Shown here in pieces: positions 52,207-64,000 of a stretch of DNA of 64,000 nt. The number at the start of each line of letters is the position of its first letter. Positions within the stretch are counted from its first letter, which is position 1. Source of the DNA: Lingula anatina (taxonomy: Eukaryota; Animalia; Brachiopoda). Below the pieces are notes generated by a model. That model saw only the letters and a list, made by a program, of their open reading frames with translations. It was not told where the DNA came from and searched no databases. The translations under genes and the position numbers were made by a program. The DNA lies in NCBI GenBank assembly GCA_051362555.1, contig CM120640.1, positions 47,160,788 through 47,224,787 of the forward strand, given 5' to 3'.

Positions 52207-54122
52207 CATTTTATGTATCATCAAATAATCTACTTTATAAAACAACAGCATTAACACCACTCTTACCTCCACACAATCTATCAATTAAGTAGTACAAAAC
52301 TTCATTAGAATAACAAACTGTATAGAATACAATAAGGTTTCCCTTTTTCAATTGGAATTCTGATAATCAAAAGCCAGGAATAATCAGATTTGCTGATACC
52401 AGAGACCCTATCTAAACATTTTCCTTTAAAATTGGAAAATTTTCTGGATGTTGTCTCAACAGTAAAGCCTGGAAAAGGCCAGTTAAGTTATTTATATTTC
52501 TGTACAAATTGTGGATGCCTTGTGGTTCTGAATCACATATACATATATAATGTATGAGACCTAATCAGAAGTACTTGATCAGGCTGCTGTGCTTCTCCTT
52601 TGAGATCTCTTGATAGTGCACCATAAGGATCACAATCTAATTTAAAACTAAATGGTGCCTAATAAAGAAATGGGTTTTTAGGTGGAAAGGGATTTAACTG
52701 CTCTTGAAACACTTGGACTACTTGAGAAAATGAACAAAGCTTCTAATAAGGATGGGAGAGAGGCCGTAGTCTTGAGAAGATCGGGTTCACTTACTTTAAA
52801 GGAAATTTCTTTAAATAAGTGAACTCATGTTGCAAACATGTTACTAATAAAAAAGATTGAAAATTTTATATAAATGAACATGCTAGCTAGCTCTGAACTG
52901 CATTTCAGTCTGCTCTTGATGCTAGTGAATTTTTGAAATGAAAATACTGGCAAACAATCCCATACCCATTTTTACCACATTCTGTGTCTCTTTTACCATT
53001 GTAATTTATGTTATCTTTTGGCTGAAAATCAAACTCCTTTAATGGTTCAAATGTTGTAATTTACATTACAAGGGGATAAAACTTGTTCAAGTCCATTTTC
53101 TTGGATGTGTACCTTAACTTTTCCACTTTAACTCAATCCTCATTAGTAAATCCACATTGCAGATGATAAAAAATTGAAATTATTTACATTTTGTTTCAGG
53201 TTCCTTGAATTTCCTATGGCTTTCCCAATGAAGTCATATTTCAAAGATTTTCTTTTCATTATGAAAATGGAAGCATTAACAAACATGCTATTCTTAATTA
53301 AATTACATTTTTTCCCATTACATTAGACTCTGGAACAATGAATCAAAAGCACTTGTCACCACACTAAACCTCACACAGGAGGTGACCTTGAGGATGACAG
53401 ACAGTCTAACTGTAAATGTGGGTCATAAATAACACAACTCCGGGATTATGCAAGTTTCATAACTTTGCAATGTCAGGGAAAATATTTTCCTTTGGTTCTT
53501 TGTTTATTTATTTTGCCATCAGGAGGTACACACATATCAAAGACCCACCTCACAATTTTGCTGTCTCTTACCAATTGGATAAAACCCAATTTAAAACTAC
53601 ATCATGGCATCAACACATTCAGCAGACACTTACATAATTATGTTCTCAGATTGGCAATGAGAATTGTGACTGGACAACTCTGGACTGTCAAGCTCTGATT
53701 ACATGAAAAGCAGTAGCGTTTTTCCATACGATTGATTGTCCCAGAAGTTTTGTGCTGCTGAGGCAAAGGGTCTTGATCTGTCATAATCTTGTCTTCATCT
53801 ATATACAAGACATATTCTATGCACAGCATTTACAAAAGATTGTTTGGATCAGCTGACACCACATGTGATAATGCAATCAACTTGTGATTGATTGCAATCA
53901 AACTAAACAAAACTACTACGCAATGTTTCAGAGGGTATTGAGGATGTTCACATGTGCTGGTCCAGAGTCCACATTGACAATGTTAAAAGAAGGCATGAGA
54001 TGGAGTGAACATAAGCAAAGCAAATAAAATTGTATAATATACTGCTTGCTTTTAATAACTCCTGGGGCACCAAAAGCTGTTTTCTTGGAAATACTGGAGC
54101 CAAACAATGAGTAATACATTCA

Positions 54123-54211
54123 TTAGTCTGGATCAAGATAAACTGGGCTGGTAGAGTCTGGAACAGTATTAATTGGGTTTAATCTGGGATGAACTGAATG
54201 GACTGTTTTCA
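54123..54211 (-). CDS. Minus-strand gene, candidate proximal alternative last exon (LKTVHSVHPRLNPINTVPDSTSPVYLDPD*)
   Basis: Acceptor TTTGCTGTACAG (weak tract); open for 29 residues in the required phase 1; TAA at 54123-25. Confidence 0.4.
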
Positions 54212-54491
54212 CTGTACAGCAAATCCGTTTGTGTATGAATGTGTGCATGCACGCACATGACTGTGAGTGTGTATGTGAGATAATGCCATGTGTGCAAATG
54301 GTACACCAAAGAGCCTGTACTTCTTATATTTATTTATATATTTAACATCAAATCTATGATAAAATTGTCATTTATTTTTGGGGGGTATATATTCTACAGA
54401 TTGTAATCAGTTCCCAAAACCAAAACTACTGGAATGTACACCAACCGTACCTCACTTCAGAAGTCTAGTTCTAAGCAGGTTAAACAGGACT

Positions 54492-54834
54492 TTAAGGGAT
54501 AAAAACTGTTCACTTTGGCCAAAAAATGGATTTCCCTAGGGTAAATGGCAATTTTTCCTTACTTACCATTGATTTTTAATGAATCCATTCAGACATTTAA
54601 AGTTAGTCCATGTTTTTTTTCTAACAAGTGTGGTTTTTTGTAACTATGAAGAGATTTTTTCAGAGGGTGGCCATCTATGGAGGTCACATGTTCTGATGGC
54701 AAGCAAAGATTCCAGAATAATTGCGATAACCGTCATTTTGGTGGTAAAATAGAATTTATTTTATTTTTATGAGTTGTTTACAATATATTTATTGTGAAAT
54801 ATGGATCCCATACGAAGAGTGGTTATCCCTTTAA
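54492..54834 (+). mobile_element. Kolobok-like MITE, copy B (intronic)
   Basis: TTAAGGGATAA...TTATCCCTTTAA termini; colinear with 5493-5855. Confidence 0.75.
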
Positions 54835-56676
54835 CCTAACAGATATAAGACTACAATTAATGAGGCCTAATGTAACCTTTTTCACCTCATGCTGGCCCAT
54901 CTTCAATCTAACAACATTTCCAGCTAAGTTAGCAAGAAACTGGGCTAATGATTCCAAGTCTTAACAGAATGAATAACATGTGTACAGCATGTAAACAGGG
55001 ATTATTGAATCTTTTAAGTTTCAAATAGACACATGTCAGCACAGCATGGCAATCTGTGTGTGTGTGTTCATCAAATAGTGCTATATATAATGGTTAAAGT
55101 GAATAACTTTTAAAATAACTTTTTTGACTTTTCATGCCTCCTCCCCCCCCTCCTTCTAGCATTTAAAACTAGCTCAGTGCAGAACTGTGGTAATGCTTTG
55201 ACCAAATGACATTCTCAGTACTCAAGTTTTGAAAAGTTAACAAATAATAATATTTCTTCTCAAAAGACAGGAATACTGGTACAGTATATGATCATACAAA
55301 TGTGTAAATTAAAGAAATATTGTGGAGGGACTGTCTGGGAAAGGGAGTCGGAGGGTCCATACATAATTTCACAATTTTTTGCTCATTCGGTTGATGTCTG
55401 CTTGCATATCATTTATCTAAAATGTGAATTAAACACAGATTTAGCAAGAGGCAGGGCTAAAAAGTTTACAGACACGGTAATAGTCTGCTTCGAAAAGAGT
55501 TTTTGAACTGTAGAAGAAAGTGTTTTCAAAATGATATGTTCTTGGTTTTTGGACATCAGTGTACCTTTATCTTTTTGCTTAAGGACTGTTCTTCATTTCC
55601 ATTGGACATGCTTATTCACACAATATGATTTTATAATACCCTTAAGGATTTTTCAGAAGGTTAAAATGGACATTTAGTCTCCAACAGCCTGTATAATCCC
55701 ATATAAATGCAAACCAAGTTGTAATCAAGCATATACCCCATAGACAAACACATTTCCATTGCCTTTTTTCATGTAGTTGTTTCTTGGGCTACTTTGAAGA
55801 CAAGAATCAATAAAATCAAATTTTATAGATTAATTTTCTCTTCTTGAATAAAAAAAAAAGTGGTTAATGTATTTGTCTGCTGCGTAAAGACATTAAGCTT
55901 TTTTGACAATATTCCTATGTGGATTCAAACTGATTCTCTAATTCCAAAAATGTCAGTTTTGATTACTTGTTATTTACCACTATTGGTCATAAAAAAGATG
56001 ATTTTTCTCCTACCATTCCCATGACAATTATCTATTATTTTTAAGTGGCAAAAAACATCCCCCACCCTAGCAATTACATATGCAGTTAGCATGCAATCGT
56101 TTCCTTTAATCCATTCATGCATACCTGTCTGAAAGAACTGTGCAGACTCCTTTCTAGAATAGAGTAGAGTTATAAGACAAGTGCAGAATGAACACCCATG
56201 CAGTGCTTAGACACTGCCATCCTGACAGTCTGAGATGCCCTTACATGTAATAATATTATGTGGGTTTTTATTCCATTTTAGAAGTTCTCCACAAGTTCAC
56301 TTCCTGCCATTTAGTTAATTTTTTGTTGAGCATGGAGGCTCCGTTTAGGTGTCTATCTTATGTAGTAGAAATGTAACAATTTAGTATGTGTTAATTATCA
56401 ATTTTCTTCAGTCATTTGTGTTTGGTAACAGTGAAAAAATGCCTTACATTTTGGCAGACAGTACCTGTCCTTATTCTTGAAGATACAATATATTCTATCT
56501 AATAAAGGACAGGTGCAAACAAGGGTTTACCAAAGTGAAATGTTTTTCTCTTTTTATCAAAAATGTTCACGTGTGTGGATATGATAACATAATTATTCTA
56601 CAAGTACACGCAGCATCCTTCCTCTCTGATGTTCATGCATGTTAAACAAGCCAAAACAAACCAATACTCTACTCAC

Positions 56677-56760
56677 GTTGTAAGCGTAGTCGTTTTAGTT
56701 CAGCTTGCTTCTTCCACTCAGGCTCAAACTCTTCCACTTTCTTGGGGAGAGGGTCTATCA
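56677..56760 (-). CDS. Minus-strand gene exon (VIDPLPKKVEEFEPEWKKQAELKRLRLQ)
   Basis: TTTGCAG acceptor, GTGAG donor, phase 1/1, open frame. Confidence 0.85.
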
Positions 56761-58180
56761 CTGCAAACAACATGCACAGAATATCACATGCCTAGCCAGG
56801 ATATCTCACATCCCCCAACACACTGGGAGACTGTTTCACAGAATAGAGATTTATGACTTTAAAATGTTATTTTTATTTGAATATGGAACTTTCCACAGCT
56901 TTTTTTTTTTTTTTCAGATCATAACTTATTTTATCAGCAGTAAAAGTTTTTGCCACTTTTCAGCCAATTTTTATTGATCTCGCTCTGTCTCTCCCCCCCC
57001 CCCTCTCTCTTTTCTTAGAGGAATTAACAGATAAAAAAAAACAGATAAAGAGAGGTCATACAGAGATGTTACAAAGAAGGGAAAAACTGTGGAATGACAT
57101 ATACAATTTCCCACTTGGATACAACTGTCATGATGCTGTCAAAATGCTTGCATCAGAGACCTGCATGAATGTCTGGATCAAAAAGTGCCTTGTGATAACT
57201 GTTTACCAGTGTGTTGGATTAACCATTGATGACTTTTACAAAATCAAGTCAGTCTATTTTTGCCATGCATTTCAATATACAGGAAAACTTAAAATAACAT
57301 GCATGGGCAAATAAAACTACACTGTACAGGGAATATAATATTTTCATATTGCTAAAATAACTGATATGGCGGTTTTAAAGTTGAGCATCATGTTGTCAAA
57401 CAGTATGCAAGTGGCCAGAATACATTTCCACATGTACTGCATGGGGTTGGACTGACAAAGAGCTTAAATAAAATAATTTCTCACCCCTTCTTATTTTGAG
57501 TGTTTTTTTCCATTAAAGTAAATTCTAAATTTATTCTTTAGTGCTGGAGGTATATGTTGATCCTATATATGTGTGTTTGAGATGGTATCTTTGACTGTCA
57601 CATGTGAAAATACTTAAATTAATGATATAAAGTGACAAATGTGATAAAAATCACAAGCAAAGTACTCCCCTCCCCCTCCAGCCATGGGTTGTAAAATCTA
57701 TTGAAATGACACCTCTTTCATCAGAATGACTATGTTGTTTGAGAGGCTAGGCAGTGGTAAGTAACCATCTGAGTCAGTACCAAAAGTTATGTTGTTCAAC
57801 TGATTTCTTATTTTAATAACAAAAAAAAAAAAAAAGCCCAAAAAAGCACTAAGAAGATTTGGAAATGTATTGGTACATGTTTCTTTTAACCTCAAAAGGT
57901 TACTGTATATGAATAATTGATGAGCCAATTAGCAAGGCTAGTGTAGAATTCTTATTTCTATTTGTGAAATCTAATCTGTGAGAATCGATATCTTAATGTG
58001 TCAGCAGTTTCAAAACCTGAAGTAGATTTCAATGATACGATAAAGTTGAAAATAAATTTATATTTGTAGTTAACAAAAAAGGGTGATTCTCAGCACTATT
58101 AAAATGATTCTTAACTTCAGTTGAATAACTGAGGTAAAAATTCTGTTTCATTTAACTGAGTGTATTAACCTTTTGGTTAT

Positions 58181-58281
58181 CCCATACGAAAAAGTCCTAT
58201 AGGATCCTATAGGAAATTGGGCCAATTTCCTATAGAATCCTATAGGATCTTATAGGATCCTATAGGACTTTTTCGTTAGGG
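58181..58281. mobile_element. CCC...GGG-ended MITE (CMC/EnSpm-like) built from palindromic CCTATAGGAT units
   Basis: TIR CCC..ACGAAAAAGTCCTATAGGATCCTATA / TATAGGATCCTATAGGACTTTTTCGT..GGG; AT on both flanks (2-bp TSD). Confidence 0.75.
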
Positions 58282-58566
58282 ATTTAATATGCAATAGTAG
58301 CACAGCACAAGTAGCCAAATCCTTTTCATGCACATTGATGCAGTCTTTCTTTACTATAAAAACCATTGTCACAGAGGTGAAGATTTGTGATGTGACAAAC
58401 TTGACAATAAATTGCATGACGCCAAAATAAAATTTATAAAACAGCACAATTCAATCATCGAATTCAATACATGAATTTTGCATATCCAAAGTAACATACT
58501 GGTATATAGGTATGTGGATTTCCATTTTAAGTTTATCTCAGAACTTATTTTATGTTTGCTTTATAC

Positions 58567-58672
58567 CTCTGGGACTCCTCTTTTTCCTTAGAGCTAGTTC
58601 CTGTTTCCATGGGGGAATTGTTGAATCTACTGGGGAAGAGGGGCGATGCAGAGAGTCCTCTTCGTTGGACGT
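58567..58672 (-). CDS. Minus-strand gene exon (TSNEEDSLHRPSSPVDSTIPPWKQELALRKKRSPR)
   Basis: TTTTTCTGCAG acceptor, GT donor, phase 0/1. Confidence 0.85.
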
Positions 58673-59236
58673 CTGCAGAAAAATGCGGATGATAAAGCTA
58701 TATAAAGGCATGCACGTTCTGAAGCTAAGCTGTCAATTTTAATGCAAAATATCCTAATTTTAAACAATTCTTATTTTAATTCTTATTGCAACACATACCA
58801 AATATTATTCAGTGCACAGCTTGTAAATCAAAAGAAATGCAAAGGTTTCACACTTAACATGGAAATATTTCTATACTACAGTGATAAATTATGCAAGCAA
58901 GACCAGTAGGAATACAAATTACACAGAACAAGTCTATGCAACAAGATAACAAATCATTATGATACCATACTGTCTAAATGCAGCTTATATTATTTGAATT
59001 GAGATTGGAGTTGCATGCCAAGCAGTTCAGACAGGATCTTGCAAAGCAGGAAATGTGATAGGTATAGAAACATGCTACATGTACCTTTTTTGACACAAAT
59101 ATGAATTATGCATAAGAGAGTGAGTTCTGGAAGTTCAGACTGAGTAAGAAATGGATACATACATTTATAAGCAGCAAGAGAGAAGGAGAAAGTGACAAAA
59201 AGAAATATAGAAAGAGAAGATATGAAAGCCTCATAC

Positions 59237-59427
59237 TCGGCTGGAATCAGAAGAGGTTCTGGTTTTGCTTTTCTCTGCCAGGTTTGTTTTCCAAGGTGGG
59301 GTATTGCTATCAGCAGTCTTGGGGGTGGGGTTGAGGGTGGAAGTATTACGGAGTGAAGACACTGGCACAGTTTGCCGTCTGCGATCAGCCTCCAGTTTCC
59401 ATGAAGGCACTGATGAATCTTTGGTAT
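59237..59427 (-). CDS. Minus-strand gene exon (DTKDSSVPSWKLEADRRR...PPWKTNLAEKSKTRTSSDSSR)
   Basis: TTTTCTTGCCTAG acceptor, GTATG donor, phase 1/0. Confidence 0.85.
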
Positions 59428-60127
59428 CTAGGCAAGAAAAAAATAGAGAAACTGTGAGAAGGAATCCAATGTCTGCAAATTGAATCATTCTAAGAGTCTC
59501 ACTGTGAACTACGTGGGAACTGTCAATTATGTCCCTTCAACTTAGTCCAATTATTTCACAAAAAAACAAGCTAAATAACATTCACTGCATGCATATCTAC
59601 ATTACTTTACTAGGTAACAATAATCAACTTTTCATGTCTAAAAAAATCATAGCTTAAAAATCATAAAAAATATAACATAATACATCATGCATGGACTCCT
59701 GCAAACAGCCAACATTTTAATATCTGGGTATGGGAGTAGAAGAGGCCAGTCTTAAAAAGACTGCATGTAAATCCTTCAAAAATGTTCCCAAAAGTATACC
59801 TCAGCTAAGATTTTTATTGCTTTTTACATATATGCCTCCTTACAAACAGGATATTTGCAAAAACAACAAAAGCTACAAATATAAACTAGAATTTGGAACA
59901 AATAGAGGGGAGCATGTTTGTCAGTATTTTCAATATAAAAAAATATATTTAAGGGCCTTCATGAGAAGCCAAAAAGATATCTCTTAAACAGTTTTATCTG
60001 CACGTGCATTAACATTCCTTCTTGAAAAAATATAAGCACAATTGATTCTTCTAGGATTGGATTTGTATTTGATCTAAACTTGATATACCTAAAAATGGGT
60101 TAATGATGTGGTCATGAGATCACTTAC

Positions 60128-60177
60128 CCAGATGTTCCCTGGGGGAGGTCTGCGGAGATGATCCTGGAAGATGATGC
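60128..60177 (-). CDS. Minus-strand gene exon (GHHLPGSSPQTSPREHL)
   Basis: CCTCTTTATAG acceptor, GTAAGT donor, phase 2/1 bridges its neighbours exactly. Confidence 0.85.
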
Positions 60178-60351
60178 CTATAAAGAGGATAAAGTAAATC
60201 AATGTACAAAAGAAAAACTGAATCACTAACCACTAATTTCGAAGAGTTTTATACTATTATTATTGCATTTTTATTAATATTAACATAAATAGCCTTTATG
60301 ATGTTTCATGACTGAGGTATGAGACTCATACAAAATACAGTGTTCTCTTAC

Positions 60352-62197
60352 CCAAGACTTGGCAGAATTGTCTTTGGTGTATATGCTGGTTTCCCAAAAC
60401 CTGTGGACGAAGTCTTTTCAGAGCCTTCATGTTTACTGGTGGCTTTTCTTTGAGTTTCCTCTTTTGGTGGTACATTTTCATCTGTGACCTTCCCATCACC
60501 AGCTGCTGTCATCATTCCAGAACCTCTTGACCTTGACCTTGGGGAAATGCCATATGACAGTCCCATTATGGGAGCAGATGGTTGTGGAGGATTTTTGTCA
60601 ACCATTTTCTTGTGGTCTATTTTTGTAATTTCCTTGTCATCCCTTATTGTATCTTTCTTGTTGCCTGCCACCTCCAAGTGGGAAATGTCCTTTATGGGAG
60701 GCTTTGTCTTTGAACTAGATGGGGCCACATAAGAAAGTTGCATCATGGGCGGAGAAGCAGGGAGGTCTTTGGCAACTTGGCTACGTTTTGGTGAAGCTGC
60801 TCTTCTTGGAGAGGAAAGCCATGTAGGAGAGGTTGGTGAAGGAACCTCTGCTGAATCAGTTTTTGGAGACAGCAATGGGGAAGTGACCTGTCTTGATTGG
60901 CTAGGTTTCAGATGACTTGGTTTTAAATCACTTGATTTTAATTCGCTAGGTTTTAAGTCTCTAGGTTTGAATGGACTAGACTTTGGTTCTAATGGTTTTA
61001 ATTCACTATGTCTTAATCCATCATGCTTCAATTCACTAGGTTTTAACATGCTAGGTTTTGATTCACTGGTTTTCAAATCAGTAGACTTGAAGTCATTAGA
61101 TGCAGTAGGTTTCATATCACTAGTCTTTGAATCAAGGGGCTTTAATTCTCTAGACTTCATGCCATATTTTGGTGAAGACAACAGAGATTTGGCATTGCCC
61201 CATGGTACTTCAGTTAGCTTGCTCTCCTCAGTTTTGGTAGTCAGTGCACTAAAGTCTCTAGGTTTGGGAGCAGGCTTTGGAGGAGAGGCAGTCCCTGGGC
61301 TTGCCCTACCACTATCACTACCAGCAGGCCTTGCATAAGGACGGGGTGAAGTTAGTAATGAGGCACTTTTTGGAGAAGATTTGTCCTTTAGAATCACAGA
61401 ATAGGGAGCATTTGGAGAGGGATGGAACCTTGAAGGATGGGGCTTACCAGCATTTTTATCCTCCAAAGAAGAAGATAAATCCAAGTCATTGGGTCTCGTT
61501 GCAGACTGCAATGGCACTGGTGGACTTTTTTCAGGTCCTGCCATGCTGGTGTCATGTGGTGTCTTGCTTATTTCTTTAGCTAGACCCTTTTTAAGCCATG
61601 AAGGAGTGTCCTCTTTGGGTTCTGGACTTCTAAAGTTTACCGGTGAAATTAATTTGGAGTCAACCTGTTCTTTTTCTGGTGTTAAACCTTTTGAGTTATC
61701 CAGTGGAGAACTTATTGATTCTCTTTCTGGCAAAAGTGATTTTGCACTGGGAATTTCTTTCTCTGGTGTCAGAGACCTTGTTCCTGTATGCAGAGGACTT
61801 CTCAATTCTTTCTCTGGTGAAAAACCCTTTAGCTCAGCATCTTTAGGACTTTCTACATCCCTCTTTGGTGCAAAAGACTTTGATGCATCTTGTTTTACAC
61901 TTTTCACATCTTTCTCAGGAGTAAGTGATTTGGGTCGATCCTGTAAAAGACTTTTGTCTGGGGAGACAGACTTTCTCTGCAGTGCAGCAAATCTGTTCTG
62001 CAGTTCATTCTTGTTTCCAATGACTGGTGCATCATCCTCTGTACTTGATCTTGTTTGTTCTGGAGGCAAGGCTCTTAGTGGAGATGTTCTGCTTGTTCTC
62101 CTTAATTCCTTCATCCATGGAGCTACGTGGGCATTTTCAGTGGCTGATTCTCTATCTTTCTCATTCATAGAGGCCTTTTCTTCTTTATTTTCATTTT
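60352..62197 (-). CDS. Minus-strand gene, large internal exon: Ser/Pro/Lys-rich with S/TPEK and LKPSE repeats
   Basis: ATTGCAG acceptor at 62198-99 and GG|GTAAG donor at 60350-51. The ORF-track start and stop are artefacts of ignoring splicing. Confidence 0.9.
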
Positions 62198-62485
62198 CTG
62201 CAATAGCAATGTATCATCAGTCTCAATTATTCATTAAATAATTTAAAATGGTTGACATTTATTGTTTAATAATTTTTAAAATCTTTTCAGTGAAGAGCAT
62301 CTGAGCTGTGCTTAACTTTTTCATCTTAGATGGATTTTACAGAAAAGATAATGAGAACTATCTATTTTTTATTGTTCAAGTGTCTGAAAACCATCTTATT
62401 TTCAGATTATACAACGTAAGCTTTCAAATTTGTCCCCACCTTTACTTGACATTATTACTCTGACCAAGATGGATGAGCATGTTAC

Positions 62486-62617
62486 CTTTGGCTTCTTTGG
62501 CTTGCATTTTTTCTTCTGCTCTCTTTTGCTTTCCCAAGGCATCTTTCATCCAAGATGGCTTTTCAGGACTTTCATCCCTCTTCTCTCTTTCATCACCTGC
62601 AGTCCTTCTGGATAAAG
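62486..62617 (-). CDS. Minus-strand gene exon (ALSRRTAGDEREKRDESPEKPSWMKDALGKQKRAEEKMQAKEAK)
   Basis: TTTTTTTCAG acceptor, GTAAC donor, phase 1/1. Confidence 0.85.
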
Positions 62618-63038
62618 CTGAAAAAAATGTGACCTTTTAGCAAATCCACACAATTTAAATAACAAAAAAGGACCAAAATATTTAAATTCAGGCTGTTTTT
62701 GCATAAATCCTATATGACAAAAAGAAAAATCTTACTGATTGCTGGATAATTCAATAATGCTTAACCCACATAAAAAATTCCATATCCTGAAAATGCACCC
62801 GACCCCTCAAACCTCTGGCATGTCCAAGCTGTTTGTAAGCGAGAGGAAGGAGGCAAAAGTGGTTGGAAAATTCTCCTTCATTTGCATCATATATTTTAAA
62901 AAAACTTTCTTTCCAGCAACCTTCCCCTTCATTTGATGTCCTCCAACTAATGCTAACAAAAACCTGGAACTAATACCCTGATTAATACCAGCAAAGTATA
63001 ACATCTGATGTCTAACATATGAGAAATAGTCAGTGTAC

Positions 63039-63186
63039 CTGCTTGCACCTCCTCCCTAGCAGGTAGTGGTGATGTCTTGGTCCTTTTCACCTTGGCTTCT
63101 CTCAACCAGGCAGGCGGGGACTCAACAGTCCCATCAGCCTCTGGGGTTGTTGCGCCATCTGGCTTGGAGACATTTGTCTTACGAAG
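63039..63186 (-). CDS. Minus-strand gene exon (LRKTNVSKPDG...PPAWLREAKVKRTK...EEVQA)
   Basis: TTTTTTAG acceptor, CAG|GTAC donor, phase 0/1. Confidence 0.85.
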
Positions 63187-63546
63187 CTAAAAAATAATCA
63201 GACATTTTTGAACTGTCAATTTTTTTTGGGGGGAAAAAGACAATAAAGAAAATATTTAAAAAAACACATCACTGAATCGAAATCAATTAAAAATGAATAT
63301 GAAAGGAAGTAAAATAAAAGAGAGAGGTGGAATATAATTTGATTTCATGTTGTAAAACTGGAATTATTGTAAAACACCTCAGGGAGATTGTTTATATGTG
63401 ATCAGTAAAATTATCTGCAACACATAATCAGGAAAACATCAACATCTGATTCAATACTTTGCATTATTCAAGAACAGAAGGAGTTAGCTGGCAAAGCTGT
63501 CGAAATCTTCTATAAAAGAAAATGAAAGACCTGAAAGAAAAATCAC

Positions 63547-63743
63547 CTTAGGTTTGCCTTCAAGAAGACTAGGTAAGACCATGGGGAGCTTCATTCCAGG
63601 CAATGCAGGTCTTTGAAATGGAGGGGGCTTACTGCCCTCCTCTTCTATACTCTGATGACGACTCTGTTCACCAGAAGGCGACCATGACACTTCTCCATTA
63701 AAAACTTCTTCTTCTTCAGAAGAGGCTCTTGATTTCCTAGGCT
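63547..63743 (-). CDS. Minus-strand gene exon (PRKSRASSEEEE...PALPGMKLPMVLPSLLEGKPK); gene continues beyond the window
   Basis: TTACAG acceptor, AAG|GTGAT donor, phase 1/0. Confidence 0.85.
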
Positions 63744-64000
63744 CTGTAATGTTTAAGGTGAAAAAAAAAATAATAAAACAAAATCAGCCAAAGAAGTAAA
63801 GTTAAAGTGGTAACTATATGATGAAAGTTAAATTAACAAATATTTATTCAAACCGTAGTCAATGCATCTAGATGTTCTACTCAACTAACACAATATTGGG
63901 TTGAGACCCTCTCATGTATATCAGAGTAAAGTGTTATCAATCACCAACACATCCATATCAGTTCAACTAACACAATGAAAGTAATGTTCCTCTCAAAAGA

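Noticed and set aside
58196-58268. CRISPR-like repeat array
   Set aside because: Short tandem palindromic units without unique spacers, in eukaryotic intron context; explained as a MITE.
61489-62241. 250-aa + strand ORF (and 60484-61846 neighbours)
   Set aside because: Antisense shadow of the repetitive Ser/Pro/Lys exon.

Overview
AT-rich eukaryotic (animal, probably marine invertebrate/lophotrochozoan-like; taxon is inference) genomic DNA, not prokaryotic: GT-AG introns, microsatellites and many short non-autonomous DNA transposons. Four protein-coding loci are supported. (1) An orphan charged/disordered ORF (1200-2453, +). (2) A PTB-domain protein whose likely true start is a 19-nt coding exon at 7730-7748 spliced to 8920-11024 (+), so the ORF-track 'MGVCSS' start is probably intronic. 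(3) An ABHD1/2/3/15-type alpha/beta-hydrolase with an intronless CDS (24795-25985, +). (4) The 3' part of a multi-exon minus-strand gene (8 phase-consistent internal exons, 56677-63743, plus two candidate alternative last exons) encoding a Ser/Pro-rich protein with about ten P-x-W helical motifs and a WH2-like LRKT motif. About 26-50 kb has no convincing CDS but holds a candidate spliced minus-strand ncRNA/micropeptide gene, a 0.3 kb local duplication, MITEs and two Helentron-type HINE elements. A sharp CpG-depletion boundary near 50 kb suggests gene-body methylation. No rRNA, tRNA, CRISPR or autonomous transposase was recognised, and I found no clear-cut novel multi-gene system.
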